In this document: positions 1 to 10,662 of the stretch, piece by piece
Layout of the letters: each line of letters starts with the position of its first letter
Numbering within the stretch: position 1 is the first letter of the stretch
Origin: Candidatus Babeliales bacterium
GTDB taxonomy: Bacteria > Babelota > Babeliae > Babelales > JANWKD01
Length of the DNA: 64,000 bases
Assembly (NCBI GenBank): GCA_963722255.1
Contig: CAVRJO010000002.1
Location: 256,001 to 320,000, forward strand
Direction: 5' to 3'
The notes under the pieces: model-generated
Databases searched by the model: none
What the model was told of the DNA's origin: nothing
What the model saw: the letters and a program-made list of their open reading frames with translations, nothing else
Translations under genes and position numbers: made by a program

Positions 1-491
1 AAAATTTGTACAAACAATTTCTTTTGTTTTTTTGTTTACAACTACCTGAGTTTTTATAGTATGACGTTTTTTCTTACCGGAATAAAATTTCCGCTGTTTT
101 TTTTAGGACGTTCAATAGGACTTTCAGTTGCATCTATTAAAATAACTTCAAATTCATTATCGCTTTTCAGTAGCGCTTTTCTGCCAGGCAATCTAAATTC
201 TTTGCTTTGAATAAGAGTATTTTCAACCCATCGTATTGCTTCAAATGCATTGCTTTCAGCAATGCCATAACTTGTCGCAATATGAAGATACGTTCGATAT
301 TCCCGTATATATTCAAGAGTCATCAAAAGCATTTCTTCAATACTGAGCTTATTTGGACGTCCTCCCTTTGCCTTTTTTATTTTTTGCGCTTCTTTTAAAA
401 TAGAAACCAATACTTCAAATGTTTTTCGTTTTACTCCAGTTACTCTTCTAAAGTTTTTTTCTGATGAAATTTTTAATTTTTCATACTTCAT
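1..491 (-). CDS. IS5/ISL2-type transposase, -1 frameshifted, partial
   Basis: GGRPNKLS..LLMTLEY.REYRTY and IDATESPIERPKK motifs. The A8 run at ~97-104 shifts -1 into KQRKFYSGKKKRHTIKTQVVVNKKTKEIVCTNF, which stays open to the window edge. Confidence 0.85.
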
Positions 492-560
492 AATCGCTTA
501 CCCTTTTTTTATAAATCGATTATGATTATGCCATAAAATTTATAGTTTCAGAAGAGGTCT
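1..560 (-). mobile_element. IS5-family (ISL2-like group) insertion sequence, truncated by the window edge
   Basis: Transposase ORF plus a probable terminal sequence AGACCTCTTCTGAAACT (minus strand, ~544-560) just downstream of the murC stop. The other end is outside the window. Confidence 0.8.
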
Positions 561-580
561 AATGCAAGCCTTGGACTATT

Positions 581-1971
581 CTATAACTCAGACTTCAACT
601 TCTGAATGCACTTATTAATCTTTCCAGCGCCTTGCAATAACACTAAATCATCAGGTTCAACAATAGAATCTAAATAGTTTTTAATACCGCTAAATTCAGT
701 ATCATAAGGAATATAGGTTATTCTATATCCCGGTTTTAAAGCTTCTAATTCACGCGCAAATCGTTCAGCAGTAATATCTGCAATCGGCAATTCACTTGCT
801 GCATAAATATCAGTTACCACCAAATTATCTAAAGGAAAATCTTTAAAGGTTTCTAAAAACAGATTCCATAGTTTATCAGTTCTTGTATACCGATGAGGCT
901 CAAAAACAACGGTTAATTTCTTTTTTTTCTTTTATAAGCAACGGCAATAGTATTTTTTATCTCTTCTGGATGATGCCCATAATCATCAAAAAGTTCAGCA
1001 CCTTTATATAATCCGTTATAACTAAAGCGTCGTTCAACGCCTTTAAATGATTCCAGTGCTTTTTGAATAACATCACAAGAGATTTCCAATTCCAAAGCGA
1101 GTGCAATAGCAGCTAAACTATTTAAAACGTTATGACGGCCTGGCATATTTGTTGTAAATAGCCCCAAGAACTCATTTTTATAATATAATGAAAACTGTGA
1201 ATGATCCGATTCAAGCACAACTTCTTGAGCATAACAATCGGCCCAGCTTTCAAATCCATAGGTAATTGTTTTACTATGCGTTAAAGGTAACAATGATCGA
1301 ACCTGTTCATTATCAACACACACTATAGCAACACCATAAAATGGTAAGTTATCTAAAAATTGTTTAAAAGTCGCTTTAATATCATCAATATCTTTATAGG
1401 TATCTAAATGCTCCAAATTAATATTGGTCACTACCGCAATTGTTGCTTGTAAATGCACCAATGAACGATCACTCTCATCTGCTTCTGCAACTAAAAAATC
1501 TCCTAATCCAAACTGTGCATTCGTTGAAATAGTTTTTAATCGACCGCCAATAATTACGGTAGGGTCCTTTTGTGCTTCAATAAGAATATGGGATATCAAT
1601 GATGTTGTCGTCGTTTTACCATGGCTTCCGGCAATAGCGATACTATATTTGGTACGCATTAATTCTGCTAACATCAATGCACGTGGGATCGTGGGTATTT
1701 TTCTTTCTTGTGCCGCAACAATCTCCGGATTATCTGCTTGAATTGCAGAAGAATAGACCAAAACATCAATTGAATGATCTTTACATGCTGAGGAATTATT
1801 TCCCTGATAAATAGTACACCCTATACTTTCTAAATCATGGATACTTTGTTGATCGACATCATTATCGCATCCTGATATTATATAGCCTTGGTAGCGCAAA
1901 ATCTTTGCAATACCACTCATGCCTATACCACCAATGCCAATAAAATGCACGTGAACTTTTTTTCTATACAT
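581..1971 (-). CDS. murC: UDP-N-acetylmuramate--L-alanine ligase (one frameshift in the A-run at ~915-932, probably an assembly error)
   Basis: GIGGIGMSG, GSHGKTTT, EADESD and DDYGHHPEE motifs. The next frame continues with FEPHRYTRT..DIYAASE..QGAG. Confidence 0.92.
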
Positions 1972-2072
1972 TCATTTTCCTAATCTGTAATAATTCTGTA
2001 ATTCCTTTTAAAATAACAAAAATATACAGATGAGAAAACTAATAAAAGACGACAAAGTACAAAAAAAATAAA

Positions 2073-2441
2073 CTACAGCATTTCTCGAAACTTAATAAGC
2101 TTTTTTTGTAACTCAACAAGGTCGCTCATAATTGATAATGGCTTTTCATGAACTTTACTTACAACCGATTCATTATCCATTGTTGTCATTTCTGCGACCG
2201 TATATGATTTCTCATTTTTTAATGCCTCTTTTGCACCTGCAATAGTAAATTTTTTGTCATATAAGAGTTCTTTTATCTTCTGAAAAGCCGAAAGATGTTT
2301 TTGATCATAAAAGCGTTGCCCACCTTCAGAACGCGAAGCCTTTATATTAAACTCTTTTTCCCAAAAACGAATAACAAATGATTCAACATTTAAATTATGC
2401 GCTAATTGACCTATACGAAAGCGTTGTTTACCCATTTTCAT
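2073..2441 (-). CDS. MerR-family transcriptional regulator
   Basis: FRIGQLA..VIRFWEKEF..RSEGGQRFY..FTIAGAK helix-turn-helix signature. Confidence 0.9.
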   Translation of the reverse strand: MKMGKQRFRIGQLAHNLNVESFVIRFWEKEFNIKASRSEGGQRFYDQKHLSAFQKIKELLYDKKFTIAGAKEALKNEKSYTVAEMTTMDNESVVSKVHEKPLSIMSDLVELQKKLIKFREML

Positions 2442-2590
2442 TTTTTTACTCCTTTTGTAACATTAATCAATTTTATCATTCATTACATCTCTCTAGTACA
2501 AACTAATTTCCTTCTAGCCCAAAAAGCAATTCTTTGCTATCTTAAGCATGTCCAATTAAAGCAAAAACGTATAAATAAAGGTTTATCTGT

Positions 2591-4165
2591 ATGAATTTTA
2601 AAGAACTTCTTGTTCCCTTATCATTAGCGCTTATTACCACATGGGCGTTTCAATACTTTTTTAGTGCACGCAAAACTGGTCTTGAGCCAAAGACAGAACA
2701 AACAGTTTCCTCAGGCATGTTTGTTAAAGCGCCTAAGGACACGCATATTGAAGTTCACCAACCCCTTAAACTTGAAGTCAATTTCATTGAAAAATCTCCA
2801 ACAAAGAAACCTGCCACTACTAAAGTAGAAACAGATCAAGTTCGTTACATTTTTTCAAGCGAAGGTGCTTCACTTGAAAGCCTTGAGTTTAAACGTAAAT
2901 GGGGAGGCAAAGAAAGTTATCTCAATACCATTTTCCCTCCAAATAGTGCCGATCGAGAACAACGCTGCTTTCTTGTAGCACTCGACGCTAATACTCCCTA
3001 CCATTTTGACCTCATTAAGCAAAGCCAGGATGATGAAACAGCCCATTTAGTCTATCAAGCGACATTTCCTGAAGGCACTCTTACTAAAGAATTTTCGGTA
3101 TTCAAGCATGAATTTCGTATAGATTTGATCATTACTCTTTCCCCCGCACAAGGACTACAAGGGACTTTACAACCGCGTATATCGTTTCCTTCCCCTTTGG
3201 TGCCACAGCTGGGTAAAGATGATTGGATAAAAGGAATTGTTGCTGATGCAAACAACAAAATTCATCTCTATGAAAAAACCGAAGATATTTTAACAGGATA
3301 CTGGACAAAGCCGTCTCTTTTTGGAACTCAAGACCGTTACTTTATTAATGCTTTATATGCTGACCATAATAACTTCATACAGCGGGCATATTACAAAGTT
3401 TTTGATTTAGAGAATATGTATTCAATTCTTGAAGGAACACCCGTTTCTACTGCTGCTACATGGAAACTTTCCTTCTATTTTGGTCCTAAAGAAGATCATG
3501 CAATAAAAAAAGTTGATGAACGATTAACGCAAGTACTCAATTATGGTTGGCTTGCCCCAATTTCAAGACCGGTTTCAAAAATTTTACTGGATATTCTCAA
3601 CGTTATTAATGATTATGTTCATAATTATGGTATTGCAATAATTATTTTAACATTACTTATGAAGCTCCTTATGCTTCCGTTTACATTCCGTAGTGAGCAA
3701 GGAATGAAAAAACGTGCCGAATTCCAAAAGAAGCTTAACTATATCCAAACAAAGCATAAAAATGATAAAGAAGCCTTAGATCTTGCACGTGCAGATTTAG
3801 TACGTAAACATGGTATGCCAGGCCTCGCAGGTTGTCTGCCAATTTTATTGCAAATTCCATTGTTTATAGCCCTAAGTTGGGTTTTGGGAAATTCAATAGA
3901 ACTCTATATGTCACCATTCTTATGGATTAAAGATCTATCGGCTGCTGACCCCTATTATATTTTGCCAATTCTGCTTGGTATATCGATGTTGTTTCATAAT
4001 CCTACTCAAACAACTGATCCTAAACAGAAAATTTCAGTATTTGCCATGGCAATTATTTTTGCTGCATTTACTACAAGTTTATCAGCCGGATTAGTGCTCT
4101 ATATTCTTACCAGCACACTTCTTGGTATTTTACAAACAACCATTGCACGTAGATTTCCTGTATGA
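2591..4165 (+). CDS. yidC: Membrane protein insertase YidC
   Basis: N-terminal TM and periplasmic domain, YFGPK, YGW, NYGIAIIILT, GCLPILLQIP, FLWIKDLSAADPYYILP. Confidence 0.95.
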   Translation: MNFKELLVPLSLALITTWAFQYFFSARKTGLEPKTEQTVSSGMFVKAPKDTHIEVHQPLKLEVNFIEKSPTKKPATTKVETDQVRYIFSSEGASLESLEFKRKWGGKESYLNTIFPPNSADREQRCFLVALDANTPYHFDLIKQSQDDETAHLVYQATFPEGTLTKEFSVFKHEFRIDLIITLSPAQGLQGTLQPRISFPSPLVPQLGKDDWIKGIVADANNKIHLYEKTEDILTGYWTKPSLFGTQDRYFINALYADHNNFIQRAYYKVFDLENMYSILEGTPVSTAATWKLSFYFGPKEDHAIKKVDERLTQVLNYGWLAPISRPVSKILLDILNVINDYVHNYGIAIIILTLLMKLLMLPFTFRSEQGMKKRAEFQKKLNYIQTKHKNDKEALDLARADLVRKHGMPGLAGCLPILLQIPLFIALSWVLGNSIELYMSPFLWIKDLSAADPYYILPILLGISMLFHNPTQTTDPKQKISVFAMAIIFAAFTTSLSAGLVLYILTSTLLGILQTTIARRFPV

Positions 4166-4761
4166 TTGAACATTTGCCAACATTAGTACAACTCATAAGG
4201 CACTTACAACAAGTGCCTTATCTTGCCTCAAAAAATATTTATCGAGTTGCTGATTATATCGTTTCGTTAGACCCACAAAAAGCTGAGCAGCTTTGCAAAG
4301 CAATCCTTGATGCAAAAAAAAATATCATTCAATGTAATGAATGTTGCAGCTGGCAAGAAATAAATAAAAATTGCGTATATTGTAGTTCGCCAAAACGAGA
4401 CCGTTCCATTATTTGTGTTGTTGAAACATGGCAAGAACTTATCAGTATAGAAAAAACTGCAGGATATCAAGGTGTGTATCACGTTTTGGGAGGCGTAATA
4501 AGCCCGCTTGATGGCATTGGGCCAGAGGATTTAACTATTGATCATTTGGTACAACGCATCAATGATTCAACCAAAGAGATTATTCTTGCAACCAATCAAA
4601 CCCCTGAAGGCGAAGCAACGGCTGCATTTATCGCAAGTAAGCTTAAAAAATTTCCGGTCATTATTTCATGTTTAGCTCGCGGTATTCCTGTCGGATCCTC
4701 GCTTGAATATATTGATAAATTAACCGTCTATAAGGCACTTTCTGAACGTCGTCCTTTTTAA
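4162..4761 (+). CDS. recR: Recombination mediator RecR
   Basis: C4 zinc finger, ICVVE, YHVLGGVISPLDGIGPEDL, ATNQTPEGEATA. Confidence 0.96.
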   Translation: MIEHLPTLVQLIRHLQQVPYLASKNIYRVADYIVSLDPQKAEQLCKAILDAKKNIIQCNECCSWQEINKNCVYCSSPKRDRSIICVVETWQELISIEKTAGYQGVYHVLGGVISPLDGIGPEDLTIDHLVQRINDSTKEIILATNQTPEGEATAAFIASKLKKFPVIISCLARGIPVGSSLEYIDKLTVYKALSERRPF

Positions 4762-4836
4762 ATCATATAATTTGATTGTAATTGCATAAGAGTTTTTGTA
4801 TCTTCTTACTAAATAAAAATAGAACAGGAGATCGAA

Positions 4837-5724
4837 ATGAAAAAACTTATGCTCATTATAGTTACCTTAGCATTAACAATTCCCTATAAAAATTACCCAA
4901 TGGAAACTCTTACTGCCCTTCCCTCATATTGTTATGAGTATTTCAAAACATGTGATCTTACCAAAACTATTCTTGTTGCAACGGTTGGCATATTGGTCAT
5001 TGACAAATTTTATCCTATTTTTCCAAGAAAAAAACAAATAGTGCAACCATCCCCGACATTTGATCGAACAGAAATGATCGAACAAATTAATAGCAAAATA
5101 AACGAATATTCAGAAATTATAGCAATGCCTACAATTGCGGGAGTTATTGAAAGATTAAATGATTACGTATCTTTACAAACTTTTAATGAGAAGGTCAGTT
5201 TCTTTGAACAAGAAAATAATGGAGTACAACAATATCTCAGAGATCATGATTACAAATCGGAGATAGAAAGAATTTCTATAGCAATTGAGGCTTTTACCAA
5301 ACCGCCTCGAATACAACTTCCTTTACCAAAGGATTCATTGGAGATGTATGAAGTTGTTGGTAATAAAGACATAGAATTTCAGCTTAAAACATTCCGTGCA
5401 GAACTTGCAGAATATCAAAAAACAGCTAATTCAATCCAAGGTTATTTAGAACTAATTAGTGAACAAGGAAAAGCTACCACACCGCGCACGTATACAAGTG
5501 ACGACGATAACAATAATAGTACAATACTAGGTTTTATTGCTGAAGAAGAAGAAGAAGAAGAAAACAACGAGCCTCCTTTTGGAACATTAGTCCCACCTCT
5601 TAAGCTTGAAGATCTTAAATTAAATAGTTCTGCAAGTCTAAAAGTGGATGAATCTAATCAGAATAGCCCTACTTCTGTAACTCCGGCACCTAATTCATAT
5701 TCATATGTGCACATAAGTAACTAA
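4837..5724 (+). CDS. Hypothetical secreted/membrane protein with acidic, Ser-rich C-terminus
   Basis: 295-aa ORF with AGGAG RBS and an N-terminal signal-like segment. Confidence 0.7.
   Translation: MKKLMLIIVTLALTIPYKNYPMETLTALPSYCYEYFKTCDLTKTILVATVGILVIDKFYPIFPRKKQIVQPSPTFDRTEMIEQINSKINEYSEIIAMPTIAGVIERLNDYVSLQTFNEKVSFFEQENNGVQQYLRDHDYKSEIERISIAIEAFTKPPRIQLPLPKDSLEMYEVVGNKDIEFQLKTFRAELAEYQKTANSIQGYLELISEQGKATTPRTYTSDDDNNNSTILGFIAEEEEEEENNEPPFGTLVPPLKLEDLKLNSSASLKVDESNQNSPTSVTPAPNSYSYVHISN
5542..5562 (+). repeat. (GAA)7 microsatellite encoding poly-Glu
   Basis: Seven consecutive GAA triplets, read directly. Confidence 0.9.
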
Positions 5725-6305
5725 TCTACTTTACCAACAGCATCAATCTTTTTACCAAGAATGATGAAAAAGATAATAGAAAATAAGTAGCTAACAATGT
5801 ATTGAAAAATATGCATTCTTAAAATCCCTGCTTTCAAGGCCGGACTTGTTTTTATAATTGTTTCAGTTGAACTTTTTACTACTGTTATATTTTCGGCATT
5901 GGTAAAATCCCTAATAGCCTGTAATACCACAGGATAATAGTGTATACTGACCAACAGCCCAACTATCAAAACAAAAATCGTTCCAAGTAATAAATAAACA
6001 CCTAAACGAATGCCAACCGGAAATCCCAAACAAATAAACCGTTCTATAAAATTTTTATTATCATTTTTTTGATTTATATAAAAACAATGCTGAAATCCCC
6101 ACACAAGAATACCCACTTGAACACCAAAAAAAAGAGGCTTAATAAGCATTTCATACGGATTCACCGGCGTAAATGTAGAGGCTTGTTGAAAGGCAAAGAG
6201 CTGTAAAAAAGAGGTAGCCAACAAATACCTCATTTTCTCAACCTCTGTAACAATATCAGCGCGTAAATCTTTAACTAACTGATCAACATTCCAAAAATAA
6301 AACAT
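5721..6305 (-). CDS. Hypothetical integral membrane protein (~4 TM)
   Basis: AGGAG RBS before MFYFWN; hydrophobic segments; FIERFICLGFP motif. Confidence 0.75.
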   Translation of the reverse strand: MFYFWNVDQLVKDLRADIVTEVEKMRYLLATSFLQLFAFQQASTFTPVNPYEMLIKPLFFGVQVGILVWGFQHCFYINQKNDNKNFIERFICLGFPVGIRLGVYLLLGTIFVLIVGLLVSIHYYPVVLQAIRDFTNAENITVVKSSTETIIKTSPALKAGILRMHIFQYIVSYLFSIIFFIILGKKIDAVGKVD

Positions 6306-6329
6306 ATAATCTCCTTTCAAAAAATATCA

Positions 6330-6560
6330 TTAGTGAGGAAAATCTTTTGATTCAGCCCAAGCATCATCATTATACATAGAACAGTTACATGCCCGAACAC
6401 ATTCATCAGAAACAAAACGTCCTGCTTTGCAACATTGGGCACAATCAATTTCCGTAAAAGGACAACTACCATCGACACACTCAGTTCTAATTTGTAGTAT
6501 AGAAAATGATTGTACTATCAAAAAACCTACTATAACTATTTTTTTTACAAAATTTTTCAT
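6330..6560 (-). CDS. Small secreted Cys-rich protein
   Basis: AGGAG RBS, signal peptide, eight Cys in the ~50-aa mature part. Confidence 0.65.
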   Translation of the reverse strand: MKNFVKKIVIVGFLIVQSFSILQIRTECVDGSCPFTEIDCAQCCKAGRFVSDECVRACNCSMYNDDAWAESKDFPH

Positions 6561-6778
6561 CGTAACACTCCTTCTTTTCAAACTTAATTAATTCTTTTGA
6601 GTATTATAAGCAATACCCTTCCAGTCTCAATAGTACCAAAATTAAAATTCAAATATCAATAGTTTTAAAAAATATTTATTTATATAATTCCTTGCAGTAT
6701 TGATACATCACCCTTGCTTTTGGTATCTTAATAATGATCACAGTGATCATTTTGTACCTTAATAAAGGAGTAATTATC

Positions 6779-7279
6779 ATGAAAAGAATACTGTTATTAC
6801 TATTTTTTACCCTTCTATCCTTTACACAAATCTCTTCTAGAGATAGCTTTGCAGGCGGATTTATTGGTGGATTTAGCGGAAGTTTTATTGGTAATGCTAT
6901 AAGCCAACCCCGACAATCACGTAGCGAATGCGTTTATCAGCAACCGGTACAAACACGCGTCGTTGAAGTTCATAAACCAACATACGTTGTACAAGAACCC
7001 CGACAAAACTATAGAAAAAAAGAAAAGAGAAGACGACGCCAACAAGAAGAAGATATATTACGCGAACAAAGATTGCGAGAAATTGCAAACAAGCGACCTG
7101 CACGTGAACGCACTGCATTTACTGAACCCTCTGTTGAACAGCGAATGCAAGAGTTAGCTTGTAAAGAAAAAGAAGTTGAAGCTAAAAAGTTAGAAGCAGA
7201 GCTTGCCAAGGTGCAAGCAGAAAATGCGCAACTCAAACTTAAACTACAACAGAACGAGATGAGAGAATCCAAGAAATAA
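6779..7279 (+). CDS. Hypothetical secreted protein with Gly-zipper-like segment and coiled coil
   Basis: AAGGAG RBS, signal peptide, FAGGFIGGFSGSFIG, basic stretch, C-terminal coiled coil. Confidence 0.75.
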   Translation: MKRILLLLFFTLLSFTQISSRDSFAGGFIGGFSGSFIGNAISQPRQSRSECVYQQPVQTRVVEVHKPTYVVQEPRQNYRKKEKRRRRQQEEDILREQRLREIANKRPARERTAFTEPSVEQRMQELACKEKEVEAKKLEAELAKVQAENAQLKLKLQQNEMRESKK

Positions 7280-7373
7280 ATAGTTTCTTTTTTGACAACA
7301 TTCCCAAGATTTTGATAAAGTTATGCCCAATTATTAGTGTGCAACAAAAAAAATTTTGGGAGCGTTTGTTTAT

Positions 7374-8840
7374 ATGAAGCAACGTATATCATTCTATTCT
7401 CTTATTCTTCTTCTCGTTATTTTTACCATTGACGCAAAATTTTTTAGTCGACAAGAAGAGCATTGGGATTGGTCAAAAATTCCATTTCTAGACGTTGAAT
7501 TCCCTTCAACTTTTTTATGGGGAACCTCAGAATCAGCTATGCAAGCTGAAGGCGATGTTTCAGCGCTCGGTAAAAGAACTCGAAATTCATGGACTCTCTG
7601 GGAATCGCAAGAAATTGTCATAAATGGCATAAAACAACCTCGCGTTCCCCTTGATAAACGTGTTGGTGATGCATGTCAACGCTGGACACGTTATAAAGAG
7701 GATGTGCAGCTCATTAAAAAACTTGGCATGAATGCACACCGGTTTTCAATTGAATGGAGTAAAATAGAACCCGAAAAAGGCGTTTTTGATACTGATGCAA
7801 TGGATCATTATATCGATTATGCTGAAGAAATGATAAAAAACGGTATTCTACCCATTCCTACACTTTTTCATCACACTATGCCTGCTTGGCTCATAGATGT
7901 TCCAGCACCTCGAATGCCTGGCTTTGAAGATACACAAACTATTCAAGATTTTGTAGCATATGCTTTATTTGTTATACAAGCATTTCAAAAAGCCGGTCTT
8001 CTTGAAAAAATACCTTTCTGGATCACCATTAATGAACCCCTCGCCATTCCACTATCTGGTTACATTTATAATGTATTCCCTCCCGGCAAAAAATTTAAGG
8101 TACGTACTGCAGGAATAGTTGCAAAAAATATGCTTGATGCGCACATTGCAACCTATGATGCTTTTAAGAAAATCGATCCTACCCTTATGGTAGGCTTCAC
8201 GCATATAATGCAACCAATACAGCCCTATCGTCCCTGGAATCCACTTGATCAAATTCCCGCAACAATTTTTGATTATCTTGTAAATGATGTTGCACTCGAA
8301 TATTTCAAAACCGGCTACTTTAACTGGGTTTGGCTTGTAAGGGATTATAATGAAAACGCTATAAATAAGCTTGATTTCATTGGCATTAACTATTATACCC
8401 ACACGCTTATTAGTATGTTTAAAGAGCGTGCACGACCTGACGAAAAACTCTCTGAAGCTTATGGCGGAAAAAAGATCAAGGCTATTTATCCTGAAGGGCT
8501 CTATGATTCATTGCAAAAAGTTGCCACACTGGGAGTTCCTATTATAATTACCGAAAATGGCTTTGCTTATGATAATGTTGAGCTTCGTGATGAGTATATA
8601 AAAAAACATATCTATGTTCTTTATAAAGCAATGCAAGAAGGTATTGATATCCGAGGATATCTCTTTTGGACCTTAACGGATTGTTTTGGCTGGACCAGCG
8701 CGCATCAGAGCACCCATGGTATCTATAAGGTTGATTTTGAAACACAAGAAAGGACATTTAGGCCCAGTGCTCAATATCTTGTTGATGTTATTGCTCATAA
8801 AAGTTCATCCTCAACGTTAACACACCGACTTGGAAGCTAA
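7374..8840 (+). CDS. Glycoside hydrolase family 1 (beta-glycosidase), secreted, copy 1
   Basis: FPSTFLWG, RFSIEWSKIEP, TLFHHT, acid/base TINEP, nucleophile ITENG; signal peptide. Confidence 0.95.
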   Translation: MKQRISFYSLILLLVIFTIDAKFFSRQEEHWDWSKIPFLDVEFPSTFLWGTSESAMQAEGDVSALGKRTRNSWTLWESQEIVINGIKQPRVPLDKRVGDACQRWTRYKEDVQLIKKLGMNAHRFSIEWSKIEPEKGVFDTDAMDHYIDYAEEMIKNGILPIPTLFHHTMPAWLIDVPAPRMPGFEDTQTIQDFVAYALFVIQAFQKAGLLEKIPFWITINEPLAIPLSGYIYNVFPPGKKFKVRTAGIVAKNMLDAHIATYDAFKKIDPTLMVGFTHIMQPIQPYRPWNPLDQIPATIFDYLVNDVALEYFKTGYFNWVWLVRDYNENAINKLDFIGINYYTHTLISMFKERARPDEKLSEAYGGKKIKAIYPEGLYDSLQKVATLGVPIIITENGFAYDNVELRDEYIKKHIYVLYKAMQEGIDIRGYLFWTLTDCFGWTSAHQSTHGIYKVDFETQERTFRPSAQYLVDVIAHKSSSSTLTHRLGS

Positions 8841-9017
8841 AGGTAATAAATAATAGCATAAAATAGGTAAAACCACAGAATTTAAGACCTACGGAAATTA
8901 ATCAGTTTTGCTTCATAAACATTATTTACAAATAGGGCTTTTGCTTCTTTATTACTATTACTATATACTAAAAGGAAAATAGTAGTTTTAATAACCTTAT
9001 ACAGAGGCAACCTTTCT

Positions 9018-10649
9018 ATGAAGAAAATTTTACTTATACTAAGTTCAATCATATGTACCTCCTTACATGCTTTTGGAGTGCATAGTCTTGTAGATCAAAT
9101 AGGTACAACAATAAAAGATCATCCTTACGCAACAGCAGCATTTGTGGGCTCAACAATAGCCCTTGGAAGCCCCTGCTTCTATTTTCGTAACCATACTCTT
9201 GAAGAGCGATGGGATTGGGATTCTATCGATACAAGCAAAGTAAAATTTCCTCAAAATTTTGTGTGGGGTACCGCAGATTCAGCCTTCCAAACCGAGGGAA
9301 TTGAAACAGCCAACAATAAAACTATACAAAACACCTGGACAGCTTGGGAAGAAAAGCTTGTTTCTGAAAAATACTCACTCTTTACCCCGACTGGGGTCCT
9401 TAAAAAATTAGGAATACTTAATGTTGAAAAACAGCCACGAACCCCGGTAGAAGACCGAGCAGGGTACGCCTGTCATCGCTGGACTCACTATAAAGAAGAT
9501 GTCAAATTACTCAAAAAAATTGGCGTAAAAATTCACCGCTACTCTATTGAATGGGCTAAAATTGAGCCTGAAGAAGGTATTTATGATCCTGATGCACTTC
9601 AGCATTATATAGACTTCACTTGGGAATTAATCAACAATGGCATTATACCCTGCCCTAACCTTTTCCATCATACCTTGCCGTTATGGTATGCAACCAAGGG
9701 AGGATTTGAAAAGTCTGAAAATATCGAAAAGTTTGTTGAATACGCCGTCTTTATTTTCACAGCATTCCAAAAAGACGGATTACTTGAAAAAACAAAAATA
9801 TGGTTTGCCTTTAATGAAGCCATTGGGGTTGCTTTAGCTGGTTATGTTGATGGCAAAATACCTCCTGGAAAAAAAATGCAACTAATACTAGCTGGTACTG
9901 TTGCCAAGAATATGCTTGATGCTCATATCAGGATTTATGATGAATTTAATAAAATTGATAATTCAATCAAACTTGGCTTCATTCACGTTATGATGCCCAT
10001 AACAGCCTACAACCCGCACAACCCAGTTCATCAACTCTTTGCACAAACCTTTAATCATCTTGTTAATGATGTTGCTCTTGAGTATTTCAAATCAGGGACA
10101 TTCAACTGGCTCAATCTTGTTAAAGATAACAATCCAAATGCTCTTAACAAGATAGATTTCATTGGTGTAAACTATTATTCTCACTTACTTCTCTCATTAA
10201 CGGGCCCAGCAATCAGGCCTGATGAAGTGTGTGCTGATGGATATCCTGGAGCAAAACGAACAAAACCAATATATGCTGAAGGATTATATCAAACTTTAAA
10301 ACATGCTGCTTCATACGGATTCCCGCTGGTTATTACAGAAATTGGTTTTGCAGCAAAGCTTGAAAGCGTTGATCTAAGAACTGAATATTTCAAAAAACAT
10401 TTTTATGCAATGCACAAGGCAATGCAAGAAGGTGTTGATTTGAGAGGTTGTTTCATTTGGACTGCTTTTGATTGCTTCGGATGGAATTCAGGACAACATA
10501 GTACTCATGGTATTTATGCAGTAGATCATAAAACGCAGGAAAGAACATTAAAGAAAAATGCTTGGTATATTGTTGAAATGTTTAATAAGCCGTTTTCAGA
10601 AAAACAAATTGAGCCTCTTGAAGCTATAAAGAAACAAACTACCATTTAG
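9018..10649 (+). CDS. Glycoside hydrolase family 1, secreted, copy 2
   Basis: FPQNFVWG, RYSIEWAKIEP, AFNEA, ITEIG; signal peptide plus a second hydrophobic segment. Confidence 0.95.
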   Translation: MKKILLILSSIICTSLHAFGVHSLVDQIGTTIKDHPYATAAFVGSTIALGSPCFYFRNHTLEERWDWDSIDTSKVKFPQNFVWGTADSAFQTEGIETANNKTIQNTWTAWEEKLVSEKYSLFTPTGVLKKLGILNVEKQPRTPVEDRAGYACHRWTHYKEDVKLLKKIGVKIHRYSIEWAKIEPEEGIYDPDALQHYIDFTWELINNGIIPCPNLFHHTLPLWYATKGGFEKSENIEKFVEYAVFIFTAFQKDGLLEKTKIWFAFNEAIGVALAGYVDGKIPPGKKMQLILAGTVAKNMLDAHIRIYDEFNKIDNSIKLGFIHVMMPITAYNPHNPVHQLFAQTFNHLVNDVALEYFKSGTFNWLNLVKDNNPNALNKIDFIGVNYYSHLLLSLTGPAIRPDEVCADGYPGAKRTKPIYAEGLYQTLKHAASYGFPLVITEIGFAAKLESVDLRTEYFKKHFYAMHKAMQEGVDLRGCFIWTAFDCFGWNSGQHSTHGIYAVDHKTQERTLKKNAWYIVEMFNKPFSEKQIEPLEAIKKQTTI

Positions 10650-10662
10650 AAATAGGATATTT

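Noticed and set aside
913..935. Programmed frameshift or phase variation in murC
   Set aside because: A homopolymer indel in an assembly with many similar errors in essential genes; error is more parsimonious.
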